A stretch of 64,000 nucleotides of DNA, from NCBI GenBank assembly GCA_951406725.2, contig OX597830.1:45942001-46006000 (forward strand), in the 5' to 3' direction. This stretch comes from Octopus vulgaris (Eukaryota). A program made the translations under genes and the position numbers. The notes below the pieces were generated by a model. It was not told the DNA's origin and ran no database searches. It worked only from the letters and a program-made list of their open reading frames with translations. Of this stretch, positions 12,703 to 56,500 are shown in pieces. How positions within the stretch are numbered: the stretch's first letter is position 1; each line of letters begins with the position of its first letter.

Positions 12703-13164
12703 AATATTAAAAAAAACTAAAAAACCAGCGAAGTAAAACTGATTCTATAATCAAACCGTTAAAGAACTTGAGAACAGTATATATGTCACGACATCCCACT
12801 TGTTGCTCCACCCCTTATTTAAAATGGTAAAGTCTGGTGTTTAGTCAAAAGAAACCGATTTTGAATCGTCTTTGAAATCCGTTGCAATATAAAATATTGT
12901 CAACTTGAGTGAATACTTCTTTCATTGAATGTCCCTAAATTTATGGCTTTATATTTATTTAGTTGTCTTTATCTTTTCCGGGTGGGTTTAGAGATCTTAG
13001 CAACGGTTCTCTAAAAATAGTTCCCAAATCTTAATCTTTTATGTAAGATAATCTTGTCTAAAACGGTGAAAGCAGAAAACAAACAAAATTTGATTTATGC
13101 TATTGCATAATTTATCTATCTATCTATTTTCTCTCTCTCTGTCTGCCCCCTCTCTCTCTTTCTC

Positions 13165-13223
<59 letters not shown>

Positions 13224-13556
13224 CTGTCTGTCTGCCTGGTTGTCTGTGCTGCACACATTTATGCACGTGCATGAGTATATACTTGACACGAATTCACTGA
13301 TAAACTAATAAAAACTTCAAACAGTTACCATTCCCTTCTAATCCATCAGATGTTCAACTGAAGTGCTTCGAAGATATTCTTCTATTTACCTCTACTTACC
13401 TATTGAAACTGAATTGAATTTCCACTGAAAAACCCCGTTGCACGTTTGTATCAACGTGCTCACAATAATTTATTCAAGACATTTCTTTTGAATAACAACT
13501 CGATCATAAATCTTCTTGTATTAGATCCATCAGGGAACAATAATTTATTTATTCAT

Positions 13557-13587
<31 letters not shown>

Positions 13588-14772
13588 TTATATAAAGTTT
13601 GTTCCGATTAACAAAATTACGAAATATGTTTCACCTTCAACCATGACTGGTCTCAGAATTTCAGAGAAAAACGTTTTCTACGTGGTGATTTTAATGAGTC
13701 TAGCCACTGGTAACTTTGCAACACGAGTAAGTAGTGAAATTATTTTCCTTCTAGAGTGTTAACATTATATTAGATCTAAGTTGTTTGAAGAAGATGGAAA
13801 TAAAACTCATGTCATATTTTGAAGAAGTGGAAATCGATCTTCACCCTTCTGTTATTGATAAAATGAGGGAAAAACTGATATGTATAAAGCATGTCAATAA
13901 TGTGGGAGGCAGGTCGATATTTCTATGTGACCTATTTGTGTGTTCAAAGTGACTTTCAGGATTTTAAGAAGGGCAACAGATACTGGGATATTTCATTTTA
14001 GAATTGGTTAATGAAGACAAAATACAGTTTGAGAATTACTAGAATCATACTGAAGATTTCAAATGTTTTGAGTAATGAGAATTTTCAGAAATGTGAAATA
14101 TTTTCAGAAAACAAGAAGAAGATGCTATGAGATCGAAGCATATTCTTCAGTTTTGTTACTTTGTCGCATTTTAAATAATAGGAAAGTAAATTACTACGGC
14201 TTTTCATTTTCAGGAACGAAAATGAAAATAAGATACCAACAGCTATGATAAAGTATAGCAAATTATTTTAGTAATAATTAATAGCTATCTCCTAGTAACA
14301 TGGACGCATGTGTGGCTGAGTAATTAAAAAGTTCACTTCGCAACTCCGCGGTGAGAATTCGATCTTGCCATGTAGCACTCTGAATAAATGTTTTCCACCA
14401 TTGCCGCGGACCGAACAAAACCTCGGAAGTGAGATTTGGTGACAGAAAACTCCGTGATAGATTACGGACGAACTGCTTCTGTTTATGGGCGGGAGCCTTA
14501 ATCTGACGCTTAACAACATAACTGGTCCAAAGGGGTATTTAGTGGAGACCCTTTGTTACAAGTATTTAGCCAGTTCCTCAGTTTGAGGATAATTCCTTCA
14601 CAGTCTGTGACTAACCACAGGGACCCCTAAAAAAGTTATAGACGCTGACTCGATTAGAAAGAATCAAGAAGTTTATCTTATGTTACTAATTTTAATTTTT
14701 TTCAAAAAGATTAAATGTTTAATGAAGGTAAATTTTATGCCTGGAGACACCGAATAGAAAATCAACTGAGTG

Positions 14773-14903
<131 letters not shown>

Positions 14904-15053
14904 ATTTTTTTTCTCTTCTTTCAAATTTGCTTCCATTTCTTGCCGAGTGTCTTCCCGACTCCTAGGGCAAAGAAACTCATAGTATACATTGGTAGGCCAT
15001 TAAACCAAACTCAATAGTTCGTTCATTTTTTTTTTTTAAGTTAAATTAAAATA

Positions 15054-15111
<58 letters not shown>

Positions 15112-15251
15112 GCTATTAATTATGCATACTTCCGCGCATTACGGCTACCTCAAGTTACGGAGTTTCGATGACACAACACACAACGCGGCCCAAGAATTGA
15201 TACCACGATTTCGCAATCCTGGTTGCAGCATCCCAGCCATGAGACCATGCA

Positions 15252-15319
<68 letters not shown>

Positions 15320-15619
15320 CTCTCTCTCTCTCTCTCTCAATCTCTCTCTCTCGCTCTATCTCTCTAGCTATCTATAAATCGTTCTTCACTACCATCACTA
15401 TCTAACACTAACATCGACACAATCACCATCAACAGCAAAATCAATGCAACAGTCACCGTTGTCAACTTACCAACTCCTTAGCAACAACAATAACAACAAC
15501 AAAAACAATAGCATGAACAAGAAAAAAATAACTTAAATCAAAGATTACCACATGAGATAATGTCTTGCCTCTGTTTATTTTAAAAGTTGAATGCAATGTC
15601 TTTGATCTTTGGCGGTGGA

Positions 15620-16490
15620 TTTGAGCCCGTGTCCCACCTACCAGTGTATTGGCGACAAGCGCTAACCTCTTTGCGAACAGCTTGGCCAAAATCCTCAACT
15701 CTGCATTTAGTAGAGTTAGGGTCCAGAAGTTGTTAAAAATCATCCTATTTGTTAGGATATTTTCTCACCAGCATCATTACAGCTCTTTTCGTAGAAGTAG
15801 GAAATTCTACTGTTCTGCTGTCTCTTGCAGTAGACATCTACCAAGCGACACCCGAACAATCTTGGCATACAAAGATAAATCCCGCAGGGCAGGCCATCCA
15901 GCCCTGGCGACTTCTCTTCCTGCAACCAGCCATCGCTTCGCGTATTTCCTCGGTTGCTAACCTTTCGCAGAACTTCGAATCCCTTAACGAGAGCCGCGGC
16001 AGGACGTCGAAGTAGGCAGTAAAATCCACCCAGTATCTCTCTCCCACTCCTATCCCGAAGAGTTGAGCGAAGTACCACTGAAAAGCCGCACATATCAATC
16101 TGGAATCGATTAGCACGCAACCCTCGAGATACATCAAATATAGAATTGTGGATTTGTTCCTAGGTTGCGGCTCAGCCACCTGGATCTATCAAACCGCTTT
16201 CGTTCCCTCATTGCTTAGAGCACGCACCCAAGCACTGTCCACGTAGCCTTCGTGTTTAGCGTTGAAGAAATGGTCAAGTGCCAATCTCACCGTCAGCGTC
16301 AGCTCCAATGCCTTTCTTAAGACACTCTTCAAGGTTACTATCTAGCTCTCTCTTTATTTCTTTACTAAATTTTATCAACTTTAATCTAATAATACTTTTC
16401 AGGGATAATCCCTACCGGTTGGTGACGATTACCTCTTAACTATTTCCTCTCAACTAATTCTCTAATCTGGTCATTATAGACTTGATCCTG
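15620..16490 (-). mobile_element. Decayed L1/Tx1-clade non-LTR ORF2 fragment
   Basis: TEEIREAM, KSPGLDGLP and NFWTLTLLNAELRILAKLFAKRL (RT N-terminal motifs) spread over three frames. Confidence 0.8.
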
Positions 16491-17326
16491 GATGTCAGGT
16501 GACTCGGTCTCCATGAAATTTTGGGACATTTTTTTGGCAAGTCATTTAGAAACCTCCTGTTGGCTCTTGCGTTGGGGATTTCCACATTATTGGGAGAACC
16601 ATCATAGTTTTATCTCTCTGTGAGTTCAGACTTATTTGTTGTTGTTGATGTTTGAGTTGAGTTAAGAGGAATCGCCGCTATTCAATGTCCTTGTGATGGC
16701 ATTTATTTTTATTTCATACTGCGTAGCAGTCGTGTGTTCTAATGTCGCCATATTTTTTTTATATCAAAATTTACGACATGGAGAAATTGTTGCAAGAAAG
16801 GTACTTCTAACGACCATCATTTAGAGTCCCTTTCTTCACATAGTGAAAATAAGACTCTCATTTGACGAAATGTTAAGTTAAAACAAAACAAAATATTAAA
16901 AAAAAAACCATCTGTTGTTTTATGAGCCGAAGTAAAAGATGTCCAACACAGAACAAGAACTGTCACAGAAGCAGCAGTTGTTTGATGAAGCCGCTAATTA
17001 GTGTTAAATAATTGAATATTTGTGTGTAAACCGTTAAGAAAATAATAGCAAAATCGACAGAGAAATTTACAGTAAAGATAACAGTTCTAGGAATTACGAA
17101 TATCTTTGAACTTTTAATACTTTTGTTTATCATACAAATTGACTTATGACGGATAGATCACACCATCTGATTGTATTTTATGAATTTCCTCACATTCCAT
17201 TGATTGCATTTAATTATTATGATATAATCTTGCTCCAGTTCCTCACGGATATGTCATACGTATATTGTCAATCGTGAAATTCCGTTTTTGACATTGCTTA
17301 TGCTGTTATTTAACTTCTATCTCTAG

Positions 17327-17381
17327 GAATTGTTCAACAAAGGCTTCTGGTATTTCAATGGCTTTGAAACATTGAAATCAG
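17327..17381 (+). CDS. Possible upstream exon of gene A (ELFNKGFWYFNGFETLKS), or a UTR exon
   Basis: Acceptor ttctatctctag and strong donor CAG|gtaagt; its phase-1 end fits the exon at 21751; no ATG or signal peptide found. Confidence 0.3.
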
Positions 17382-18420
17382 GTAAGTAAAAAGTTTTATT
17401 TTCATAAAAATATTAATTATAATTCATTGCAGCTTCTAAACCCATATCATGAAAATAAACGTTTAGTTCTTCTTAACATTACGTTCTGTACGTCTGTTTG
17501 CAAAACGTTAATAGCTCATTAATGAATTAATTAATGATAAAATTAATTTATTCCTAACTAGCAAACGCACTCATTCTTTGGACGATTTAAGTTGCTTTAG
17601 TGATGAAGGTTTATGAGTAGCACGGCAATCTATGTTTCCGATTTACCTAGGAACGGAAAATCGAATTGAAGGCTGGTTATTGTGGAGGTTGTTGCCCTTT
17701 GATGATCATAGAACATATAAAGTTTGCAAGCGATGCAAAGTAGAGCTACTGAAGTGTTTGGGGAGTAGATTACGGATAATGACTACAAAATATAGTTGTT
17801 TTACATGAATGCGAAATTTCTTGTCAGAAACAGCCACATAAATGGTGTAATGAAATTGAAGGAAGACTTTGAAACTTCCCCTCTGCGAGTTTATTTTTTT
17901 CAACAGCAAAGGGAGCTATTTTTTCGGGGAGATAAGCTAACAAAAGCCTCTTTATTCTGCCTTCCCACATAGCCTGCGCATAGAGTAACAGTGAATGCTG
18001 CATAAATTTAAATTGGTATGGAGCTTTCTGAAAGATACGTATAGCTTTCGTTAGTGGAAGCAAAACTCTTATTTAAAGGTTGATTCTTCGGGACGAATCA
18101 TATATGATTGTTTAAAAACGACTAGAACCACAATGCTAAAACGTATTTGAAACAATGGACAACAGTCGAAATATCACAATGGATGAGTAATAAGCATCCT
18201 TAAAGTGAAACAACGCATTGGTAGATAAACAAAGGTATCGACAAACAGAAGAGAGGGAAGGAAGCATCACCTTTCAAGTAACTCAGAATAGGTAAAGGTA
18301 AATGTTTAGTGCATGGCCATCCTTGGGACATAAGTAACGTGTGCGTAAAGTTTGGTGAAAATAGGTTGAGAATTGTGGACATGCATGCATTAGTTATTAT
18401 ACACATACATACTGTGATTT

Positions 18421-18497
<77 letters not shown>

Positions 18498-18498
<1 letters not shown>

Positions 18499-18848
18499 TA
18501 GCAGTATCACCCGGCGTTGCTTTAGAATTGGAATTTTTGAAAAGTAAAAATTTTGCATTATGAAGCTTGTTATTCTCTTTAAGTGAACATTTTTCTGGTT
18601 GAAACACACCGAAAAGTGGCGACACGGCAGTCAAAAAATCGTAAAAAATAGGGATTTTCATAGAAAAAGAGCACCTTTTTGATGTAAATAATTTTTGGTG
18701 TTAACGTGGTCCGATTTGAAATTTTTCTTCTACGGAAGGAAGAGCAAAACTTCTATCATACTCTCGGAGGGTCTCGGAGGAGATAGTGTTAGTTGAAGGC
18801 TACCAAACCTGCCATACACAGACAACTTCAGCTTTATATATATATAGA
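18498..18848 (-). mobile_element. Non-autonomous Helitron-type element
   Basis: 5' TCtatatatataaag...gttgtctgt and 3' gcaacgccgggtgatactgCTAG, similar to the ends of 20457-20843. Confidence 0.75.
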
Positions 18849-18947
18849 TTTATATATAGAGATAATTGGTATGTGTTCACAAAATCCAAACGATTAATAC
18901 GAAAAAACCCTCCAGGCTACATCCCGAAAATTCATTTTTTTGCCGAA

Positions 18948-19940
18948 TTTCTATTTCTTTATTACCCACTAGGGGTGACACAGAGGGGACACCAAAAGAC
19001 ATTGGGGACACAGAACATTACAAATTAAAAGTATGTAGGATGAAAATTTTTGAGAATGATAATATGAAAGCGATGCTGACGGCCCCATCCGCCAGCATCA
19101 CTTACCTGTCCTTCACAACCCATCGTCATTTATCATCTCCTATCAAAAGCCCATCTTTCCTTATCATTCTCTCAGCCTTCCTTTCATACTCTTTTATCCT
19201 CTCATCCGAAAATTCCACCTTAATCACTTTTACACCCTCTCTTACACACAACGCCATAATTGTATCCATTAGTTCCCCTGGCACCACCGTATAACTCCCA
19301 TCTTCTCTCTCATACCATGAAAAAGTATTTAAGATTCTTTTCGAATTCTCAGTGTCTTCCCTTTTCACAAAACATAAAATATGGGACTTGGGATCTTGTT
19401 TACTTTGTGTGTCTGCGTTATTTTTTTCGTTTTCTTGTAGGCGGGGAGTGGGTGGGATCACTGTTTGCAAGGGAAGGCTGAGGCTCAGACGGTGCGGGTG
19501 GTGTTGGGGTGGGTTGGGGTTCGACATAGTTCGATTTCTTTCTTTTTCTTTTTTTCCTTACATCCTCCCATTTCGTCTGGGCTTCCTTCTCCTCCCCCGT
19601 TTCTTCCTTCTCAACTTTTTCCTGCTCCACCTCTTCCTTTTCCTGGTTTACAGTTTCTTCTTGTGGGGGAGGGCAGTAGGCTCTTATGTGGCCCCTCAGG
19701 CCACACTTATAACATCTTGGTGATCTGCCCTCCACCCACACTCTCATTACTATATTCCCCAAGATTATGTTGTCGGTCATTCTTTCTAGTGTACCCTCCT
19801 CTGCTTGTACACTCATCTCTATCGTTTTACCTCGCCGACCTTCATTTTACGGTAGCTTGCAAAATGTCCACCTCTTCTTCCACATCTTTTATTACCGCCG
19901 GTGGTTCTACGATTTGTTGGCTAGGAGGAGATGTGCCGGG
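18948..19940 (-). mobile_element. 5'-truncated ORF1-only retroelement (CCHC knuckle), copy B
   Basis: MRVWVEGRSPRCYKCGLRGHIRAYC; homologous to 39119-39772; short 3' tail ending gtgggtaataaagaaatagaaa. Confidence 0.8.
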
Positions 19941-20456
19941 AAGTTAAACACACAGACACACACACAGATACACACACAGACACACAAGTTGAGTTTTATA
20001 TATATATATATATATAATAGATTATCTGAAAACCTTAATATAAGAGTATTTTAAACATGGATTGCTATGGTCCCGTAGGTTTACAGAAAATCTTAACAAC
20101 ACAACAATGCCTGTTTTCTATTCTCTGCTATCTTCTTTTTATATTACATGTTTAAATATATGTAACGCCAACTCTTCTATCAGTATCCCGTACATACGCC
20201 AAGTCTTTCAATATCCTGTACAAGTGTCAACTTCATCAGTACCCAAGATGTACAATATCATCGTCAATATATTCAGACATACATCAACACTGTCCCAGGC
20301 ACACTGATAATCAGCGAAAAGAATTCAATATTTCTTTGACAGAAACAATAGAACGTTGAATGAAATGCTTTGAGGTTCTTCGTTTGCATCTTTCCGTTTT
20401 TTTTTTAAAATTCGGATTCTTTAGGAGTTGATTTTACATCTCATTTCCTTATGAAA

Positions 20457-20843
20457 TCTTTATATATAAAAGAGAAATTGTGTGTCTGTCTCCTACGATT
20501 TAGATTCCTAACTACTCCCACATTTTGCGGTGCAGTTTAACCAAAACCGGGTATCTTATAGTCATGATTCATATCGAGCCCTTCTGGGTATTAGCGCGCG
20601 TCTACGATTTAAAAAAAATTTAACATCATTTTTTTCCATTTTAATGCATTTTTTCGCTATTATATAAGGGAAGTAACTCTCTAAAAATGTTTACGATGAG
20701 TCAACGATTTAAAAAAAAAATTTACCATAATTTTTTTTCCATTTTTAATGCATTTTTTTGCTATTTTTTGGCTATAACTCTCTAAAAATGCTTATGTAGT
20801 TATTTCCCTTACAAACCCAAGCAACGCCGGGCGATAATGCTAG
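20457..20843 (+). mobile_element. Non-autonomous Helitron-type element
   Basis: A|TC start, 3' hairpin cccaagcaacgccggg, CTAG|T end, no TSD; internal ~90-bp duplication; closely similar to 37843-38239. Confidence 0.85.
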
Positions 20844-21015
20844 TATTTAAATAAATTTTAGCCAACAACAAGAACTAAGATACCTGCGCGCTTTAACTTT
20901 GAAATCTGTGACTTTGAAACAACCTCAGCCTTGTCTTATTCTCGTTTCCTTCCTCAAGAACTCGACCAATTTACAAACTGAATAAATAGTAATGGGATCT
21001 GTATTACTTATCTCA

Positions 21016-21403
21016 GTGGAGGCGCAATGGCCCAGTGGTTAGGGCAGCGGACTCGCGGTCATAGGATCGCAATTTCTATTCCCAGACCGGGCGTTGTGAG
21101 TGTTTTTTGAGCGAAAACACCTAAAAGCTCCACGAGGCTCCGGCAGGGGATGGTGGTGATCCCTGCTGTACTCTTTCACCACAACTTTCTCTCACTCTTA
21201 CTTCCTGTTTCTGTTGTACCTGTATTTCAAGGGGCCGGCCTTGTCACTCTCTGTGTCACGCTGAATATCCCCGAGAACTACGTTAAGGGTGCATGTGTCT
21301 GTGGAGTGCTCAGCCACTTACACGTTAATTTCACGAACAGGCTGTTCCGTTGATTCGGATCAACCGGAACCCTCATCGTCGTAACCGACGGAGTGCTTCC
21401 ACC
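21016..21403 (+). mobile_element. tRNA-derived SINE family C
   Basis: Head ggaggcgcaatggcccagtggttagggc; 13-bp TSD attacttatctca (21003-21015 / 21404-21416). Confidence 0.92.
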
Positions 21404-21443
21404 ATTACTTATCTCAAATTAATATGATATTATTTTTTTCATT

Positions 21444-21646
21444 AATATTTAGCAAAAGTTACTGAGTGACTCGAGGTCCGAGAGTTTCGTGCGTTGGCAC
21501 TTACCAAACTAGTTGCAGATCGAAGACCTGTAAGTTTATATAGTTGGTGATAAATATATTTCCTTCTCGACCTACAACTACATTGATAAGTGCCAACGCA
21601 CGAAACTCTCGGACCTTGAGTCACTCTGTTACTTCTGCTAAATATT
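21444..21646. mobile_element. Fold-back MITE-like palindrome
   Basis: ~80-bp arms aatatttagcaaaagttactgagtgactcgaggtccgagagtttcgtgcgttggcactta and its reverse complement. Confidence 0.8.
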
Positions 21647-21750
21647 TCTAAAAATATACATATACTCATATTTTGAGTTTTATTTTCCTGTTTGCATCAA
21701 CGTACCTATAACATTATTTTAAAATTTTATTTTAAAAGATAATTTCACAG

Positions 21751-50771
<29,021 letters not shown>

Positions 50772-51016
50772 AGGTTTCTTTTTTATATCAACTCCCTGTA
50801 ACAAAACGAATTGACGCACACGCATACACACGCATTATACACACACACACAAACACATACACACACACACACGCACAGACACACACACACACACACGCAC
50901 ACACACGCACACACATCACACATACATCACATACACATCACCCACACATCACATATACATTTCTCTTCTCTTTCTCTCTCTTTTTCTCTTTATATATATA
51001 TATATATATATATATA

Positions 51017-51248
51017 CTTTATTTAAAGCAGCAGAAAATTCAACAAAACCTAAAACCTGTTACTCTGAGTTTCCCGTTGCCGTTCATCGGACAGTTTTTG
51101 CTAGATTCTAGCAAAAACTGTCCGATGAACGGCAACGGGGAATTCAGAGTAACAGGTTTTGTTGAATTTTCTGCTGCTTTAAATAAAGCATATTACTCTA
51201 CCACTGGTATTTGAGTACTCTTTTTTCCACCTTGTTTCACATTTATGT

Positions 51249-51260
<12 letters not shown>
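51017..51260. repeat. Near-perfect ~85-bp-arm hairpin (Penelope-like inverted terminal repeat) between (TA)n tracts
   Basis: 51017-51188 is self-complementary around 51106; degenerate hammerhead-like core ccgatga...gaaac. Confidence 0.75.
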
Positions 51261-51340
<80 letters not shown>

Positions 51341-52401
51341 TTTTAGTCTTTTATTTGTCTCAGTCATTTGGCTGCGGCCATGCTGGAGCACTGCTTTAAA
51401 GGGTTTTAATCGAAGAAATCGACCCCAGGACTAAACATTGTAGCCGTTGTAAAAGATTAGACGGCACTTCATATAATATCAGTGAAATTCCATTTTTATC
51501 CATTTATGTATGAAAAGTGATTTCCTTCTCAGCCGGGAGATAACGTAAATTCCTTGACCTTTTATGGTCAAGGAATTGCTTTTAAGCAAATTAGTGATGG
51601 ACGATAATGCTTTAGTTGAAGGGAGATAACTACAGCAGGAAGAAATTGAAGACAATTTGCCACCACCATCACCACTGCTACTAAAGCTACAAGACAACGA
51701 ACCGTTTCCACCATATTGAGAATGAATAGATACGATATTGTCTAGAGTCTCACTGTTCTGCGTGTAACTCATGATTTTTATCTGTTTGGCAGACCTCAGC
51801 TCACACCAGTAACTAATTTGACTACTAATTTCTATAGACAAGAGCATGTACCTTTGTTAGATTGATCGATCCGGTGGGGATAGCTTTGACTGAAAGCTCA
51901 AAGTTCACTTGCACCGGTGAGTAGCGTGTTATAATCCCACAATGTCTAAAGGAAAGAGATATTCTCCTATGATGGAAAATAACAACGATCCAATGTTCGT
52001 GTTCAGACCTACCAGAACGTATTAAGAATGAATCGATACGTGATTGCTTGGATTCTCGCTGTTCTGCATGAATCCTATAAACTGTAAAATTCGATTATTT
52101 AGGAAAAGGAAATTTATAGAGCTTATACACTAGAGCAGATCCAGTGGTGAAACTTTGAGCAAAACTGAATAAAGAACAGCGACTAATACTTCTTCATATC
52201 AGTGAGAATATTTAGAAAATAAAACTTTCAACAATACAGACGAATATTTTTGCATCCACGCAAACGAATATTCTTTCTTACATTCAGATGACTACATAAG
52301 AGTAAACGAGATCACTCGTAATTATGAAATCCCAAATATTTCATTGTCAGATATCAGAAGAGCAATGTGTGTACATCAATAAAAACAAGACGAATAATAA
52401 C

Positions 52402-52446
<45 letters not shown>

Positions 52447-52672
52447 TTCTCACAAAATGTTATTTGATTTGCACGAATTTATATATATTGAAATTTTATT
52501 AAATTTATTTCGATTAAAATATTGTCAACAATATTTTCACTGCGTTATTCCTTTACTTCAAAATAAATTCCAAACTACACCAGTTGAAGAATAGGAAATT
52601 ATCAACAGTAAAAGCTATAGGAGTTCTGAGGGTGGCCGGAATCACTTGGCGTACAGCTTGTAAATATCTTCT

Positions 52673-52702
52673 TTATCCTGAAAATGTTTGGTTCTCGAAT
52701 TT
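52673..52702 (-). CDS. Gene B probable terminal coding exon (KFENQTFSG*)
   Basis: Acceptor atttcttttccag, phase 0; AATAAA motifs downstream at about 52495-52510. Confidence 0.5.
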   Translation of the reverse strand, partial: KFENQTFSG

Positions 52703-53449
52703 CTGGAAAAGAAATATTGGCAAAATGATTCTCCCTAAACGCAAGAAAAAAAGGTGTTAAATGTGACGTTGAAAACATTTCAGATGTTTTCACTGTAAAT
52801 ATTCATAAAAACAAAAACAATAACAAACGTATTAAAAGTTGCTTCTTTCAACCATAAACTACGGCTCATAGCTACCATTTTTTGCCTTTGGGCCCCTTCC
52901 ATTTCTCTTTTACTTCACTGGACCCTCCGGAGCCATGTTTAAAAAAAAATTATTCTTCTTTTAGAATTAAATATTATTAAGAATTATATAAAAATTGTTA
53001 AAAGATTTTGTGTTGAAGTGTAACCAATGAATTTCACTTAAACTTTAACAACAAACTCTTAAACGGATTCCCAAGGGCCATATGGACCCCGTTTGAGAAG
53101 AGCTATTAGAATGACCGCTAAGGGGAGGGAGTAAAGGTAAGGGAATAAAAACGTTCATAGCAATCGCGTAAGTGCGCATGTCCATACATACACATGCGCG
53201 CCCGCACACCGCGATTGCTATGAACGTTTTTACTCCCTTACTTTTACTCCCTTCCCTTAGCGGTCATTCCAATAGCTCTTTTATCTTAATAACGGTAAAT
53301 CACGCAGTAATTTTCCTTTGTTTTAACGGTCATTTTCATAGCATTTTTGCCGATGGTCCGATAACTGAAGAGATGCCGGCGTGGGTTTCCGCCCCGACAT
53401 CCGAAACTCGGAGTTTTATCATGGCTACCGAATAATTGTCACACATTAT

Positions 53450-53533
<84 letters not shown>

Positions 53534-56500
53534 GAAAAGAAATACATATGTGAAGCAATATTTCTATTGATTTCTGCATCGTGCTAAGGATGGTAGCGGG
53601 GAGAATCTAGGTCAAAAACTACGTCTTCTGCAAATTAACCAACGACAAGCGAACGCTTCATGTGACAGATAAATTTTCCTGAATTACAACCTCCTATTTT
53701 TATCGAGAACACATTCCTCAATATACTACATGAAAAAAAGGTGAGATGGTCATGACTGGAACGTCTTTTATCATACGTCTACTATATTCGACTAAGGTAG
53801 AACTAAACAACAGTAAAGTATTGGAGGGCGGTGGGGCTGTACTTACTCGACAGCTTCCTCTTATGCATCTCCACTGAGTGTCCACGTCAGTATGACACGG
53901 TGATCCATCAGGAAGAAAAGCCAGGTGAACTGACGTGAGAATCTCGTCTTCTTGAAGTGGAACACAGCTTACTTCACAAATACCATTCTGAGGACAGTCT
54001 AAATAGGAAGTCAGTAAGAAAAAGGGCAAAAGTTATAGATTTACATATAATCTATTTATGAGCATTTGGGCGTTAAGAAAAGCAATTTTGGTTTTGTGCA
54101 AACTTCAACAAACAATAGAATTATGACCAAGATTTAGACAATACAAAGTTTGTTTTTACATAATCCTTTTGATAGTTAACTGTTATGTCATGTGGATGTG
54201 TGTTGGCGTGTGTATGTACGTGTGTATGTATGTATATGTTTGTGTGTACGTGTGTGTGGACAGGTCGCTCTTGAGCGCTACTAGTAATATGTAACCCAGT
54301 ACATAGTCGGAGCATCAGCGACTAAACCCGTAACCCAACTAAGGTGAAGAGGGTGCATTTATTGGATACTCTGCAGAATGAAAAACAAAACCCGTCAAAG
54401 GGAGGAGGAATTCAAGAGAGTCAACGGCCATCCCATAATGTATATGAATATATGTATTCCGAGCAGGTTGCGCCAGGACATAGAACTACTTGGGTTGGTG
54501 TCTGAGGGTGCAGTAAGCCCAATGGGAAGGTGGGATCCCTGGTCTTTGTCAAGGCAGCCCTCTAGAAGAAGGCTAACTTGTGTATAAAACCCACTGCTCT
54601 ACTGAGCCGGGTATCTTGCTTTTTGCTTGTCTCTCGGTGTTGTTAGTGAGAGTCGCTGTGCTGTTGTTCAAGCCACACTCGACTTAAAACGCTCGCATAG
54701 GCGCTGCTGATACATCTGTCAGTGATGGCCATGGTCATCTTACGAGGAGACAGTCATCATTATGAATAGAGGTTGTTAGCTGAGTGAACAATGTGACATA
54801 ACTTCATGGCCATCAAGGAGCATCTATAGGGTCGCTCGACCTGCCCCAAATAGCAGACAAATTTCCGTTGCTGTTGTAAATGCGAAGCGTCACATTAGAT
54901 AATGTAACCGGCACTTACAAAGACAGAATAATCGTAGCTATAATTCCTTTGATTATATCTCTTCTCGAAAACGGTGACAACAACAACCGTCAGTTCTTAC
55001 CAATTCGACCAACCATTATCTATGAAGATAATACAAAATTATCACCCTAAAGGAAAACAATTTCCTTTAGAGAAGTTTATTAAACACACGTTAAGGGTTT
55101 CAAAAACATAGTCGGCTTTTCACATCATTAAGGATGAAGGAGTTGGCAGAAGGATATATTTTACGTTGTTTATTATGTTGCATACGACTCCAATAACCAA
55201 TCGTTCTACAACATGACAATGATGATAATACAAATAATATGAAAATATTAATACCACGTACACCGTTGTGCTACTACGCAGTGGCAACCATCAGGAAGTG
55301 TATCAAAGATACATTAGCTGGTGGAGTTCATTTCTTTTTGAAGTGGCATAGAGAGGAAGTGAAGTGCCGGAAATCGATAATGTACTTCACTCGCCTTACC
55401 AGGAGAATACAAGGTTAAAGGACTTGCATGGGCAAAGTACGAATTAAGTTCTGCTAAAATGGTTACATATAGATATAATATCATTTACCTTTGTCGTGTC
55501 TTTCATAGAAGTCCCAAAAGTTATTCGAATTTAAGTCGTGTGTCTTCGTAGATATGGAGGATAAATCACATTTTCGGTTCGTCGGTTTATATTCGAAGGA
55601 ATAACATGTTTTAGTTACAAGACATGCACTGGCACATTGTTCCAAAGACACATTGTTTTTTCTGCCCAAATCATCAAATCCTCTTACAGATCTGTTCGGA
55701 TACATCTTAAAGTATTTTAAGGCTGGAAAATATTTCAATATTGGAAAATATTTTAATATTCAACATGTGTGGAAATTAAAGCAGATATTCGAAAAGGTTA
55801 ATATTGAGAAAATATTTAATTTATTTTTGCTGTCATATTAATATTAAAAATAATTATCAATTTAGTAAGATAACTTTACAATTATTAAGCTTGCGTTGGA
55901 GATTAGCAGGAACGTTTTGATGGAACGTTTAAATTTAAACTCCTTTCGAAAAGGACGTTCGCATCATAGAATTAGGGCGATTCTTAGACGAGTCAGTAAC
56001 AAAAAGGTTAATACCATATACGCATTCTGCTAATACGCATATATAATCCTTATTGGCACAACTGTATATGAGGAGCATTATAGGGGTGAGGTAACATCAG
56101 ATACGCAACTTCAATAATAAAGCTGAAACTGAGTGTCAAATGAAAAAAGTTACAAACTAAGAAATTTACCATAAATAAAAGAAAGGTGTGTTTAGTCGGC
56201 ATATGAGGAATAAAAACTTTCGTTCTGATTTTATTTAAATTTAACAGCTGGGCAATGGTGTTTACTGTGTAACTAAGGGTATTTGTCCATACTCAGCAAC
56301 GCAAGTCTTCTTTTAAAATTCAAGAGTGACATAATGTCATAATATTCGTGAGACACATATAGTTACTTCAAGAAAACGCTGCACAATTTAACATCAACTG
56401 AAAATTATTGGACCATTGCAGACCTCACCTCAACAGTAATAGGAAGTGCAGACTTTGCTTGGAAAAGTGTTATATTAAAGAATTTCCTTTACTCAAAGGT

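Noticed and set aside
17240-17326. Hydrophobic stretch (IPFLTLLMLLFNFYL) as gene A's signal peptide
   Set aside because: It is followed by an in-frame TAG, which is more likely the splice acceptor; the start exon remains unidentified.
21016-21095. tRNA genes (also at 4270-4344, 6589, 27182, 45722, 60280)
   Set aside because: These tRNA-like heads continue into repeated SINE or other repeat bodies, some with TSDs; they are not standalone tRNAs.
51479-51847. 122-aa - strand ORF as further gene B exons (spacer domain)
   Set aside because: Ser-rich, with no ADAMTS GCD/CGVC or spacer motif, and it lies past the candidate stop and AATAAA signals.
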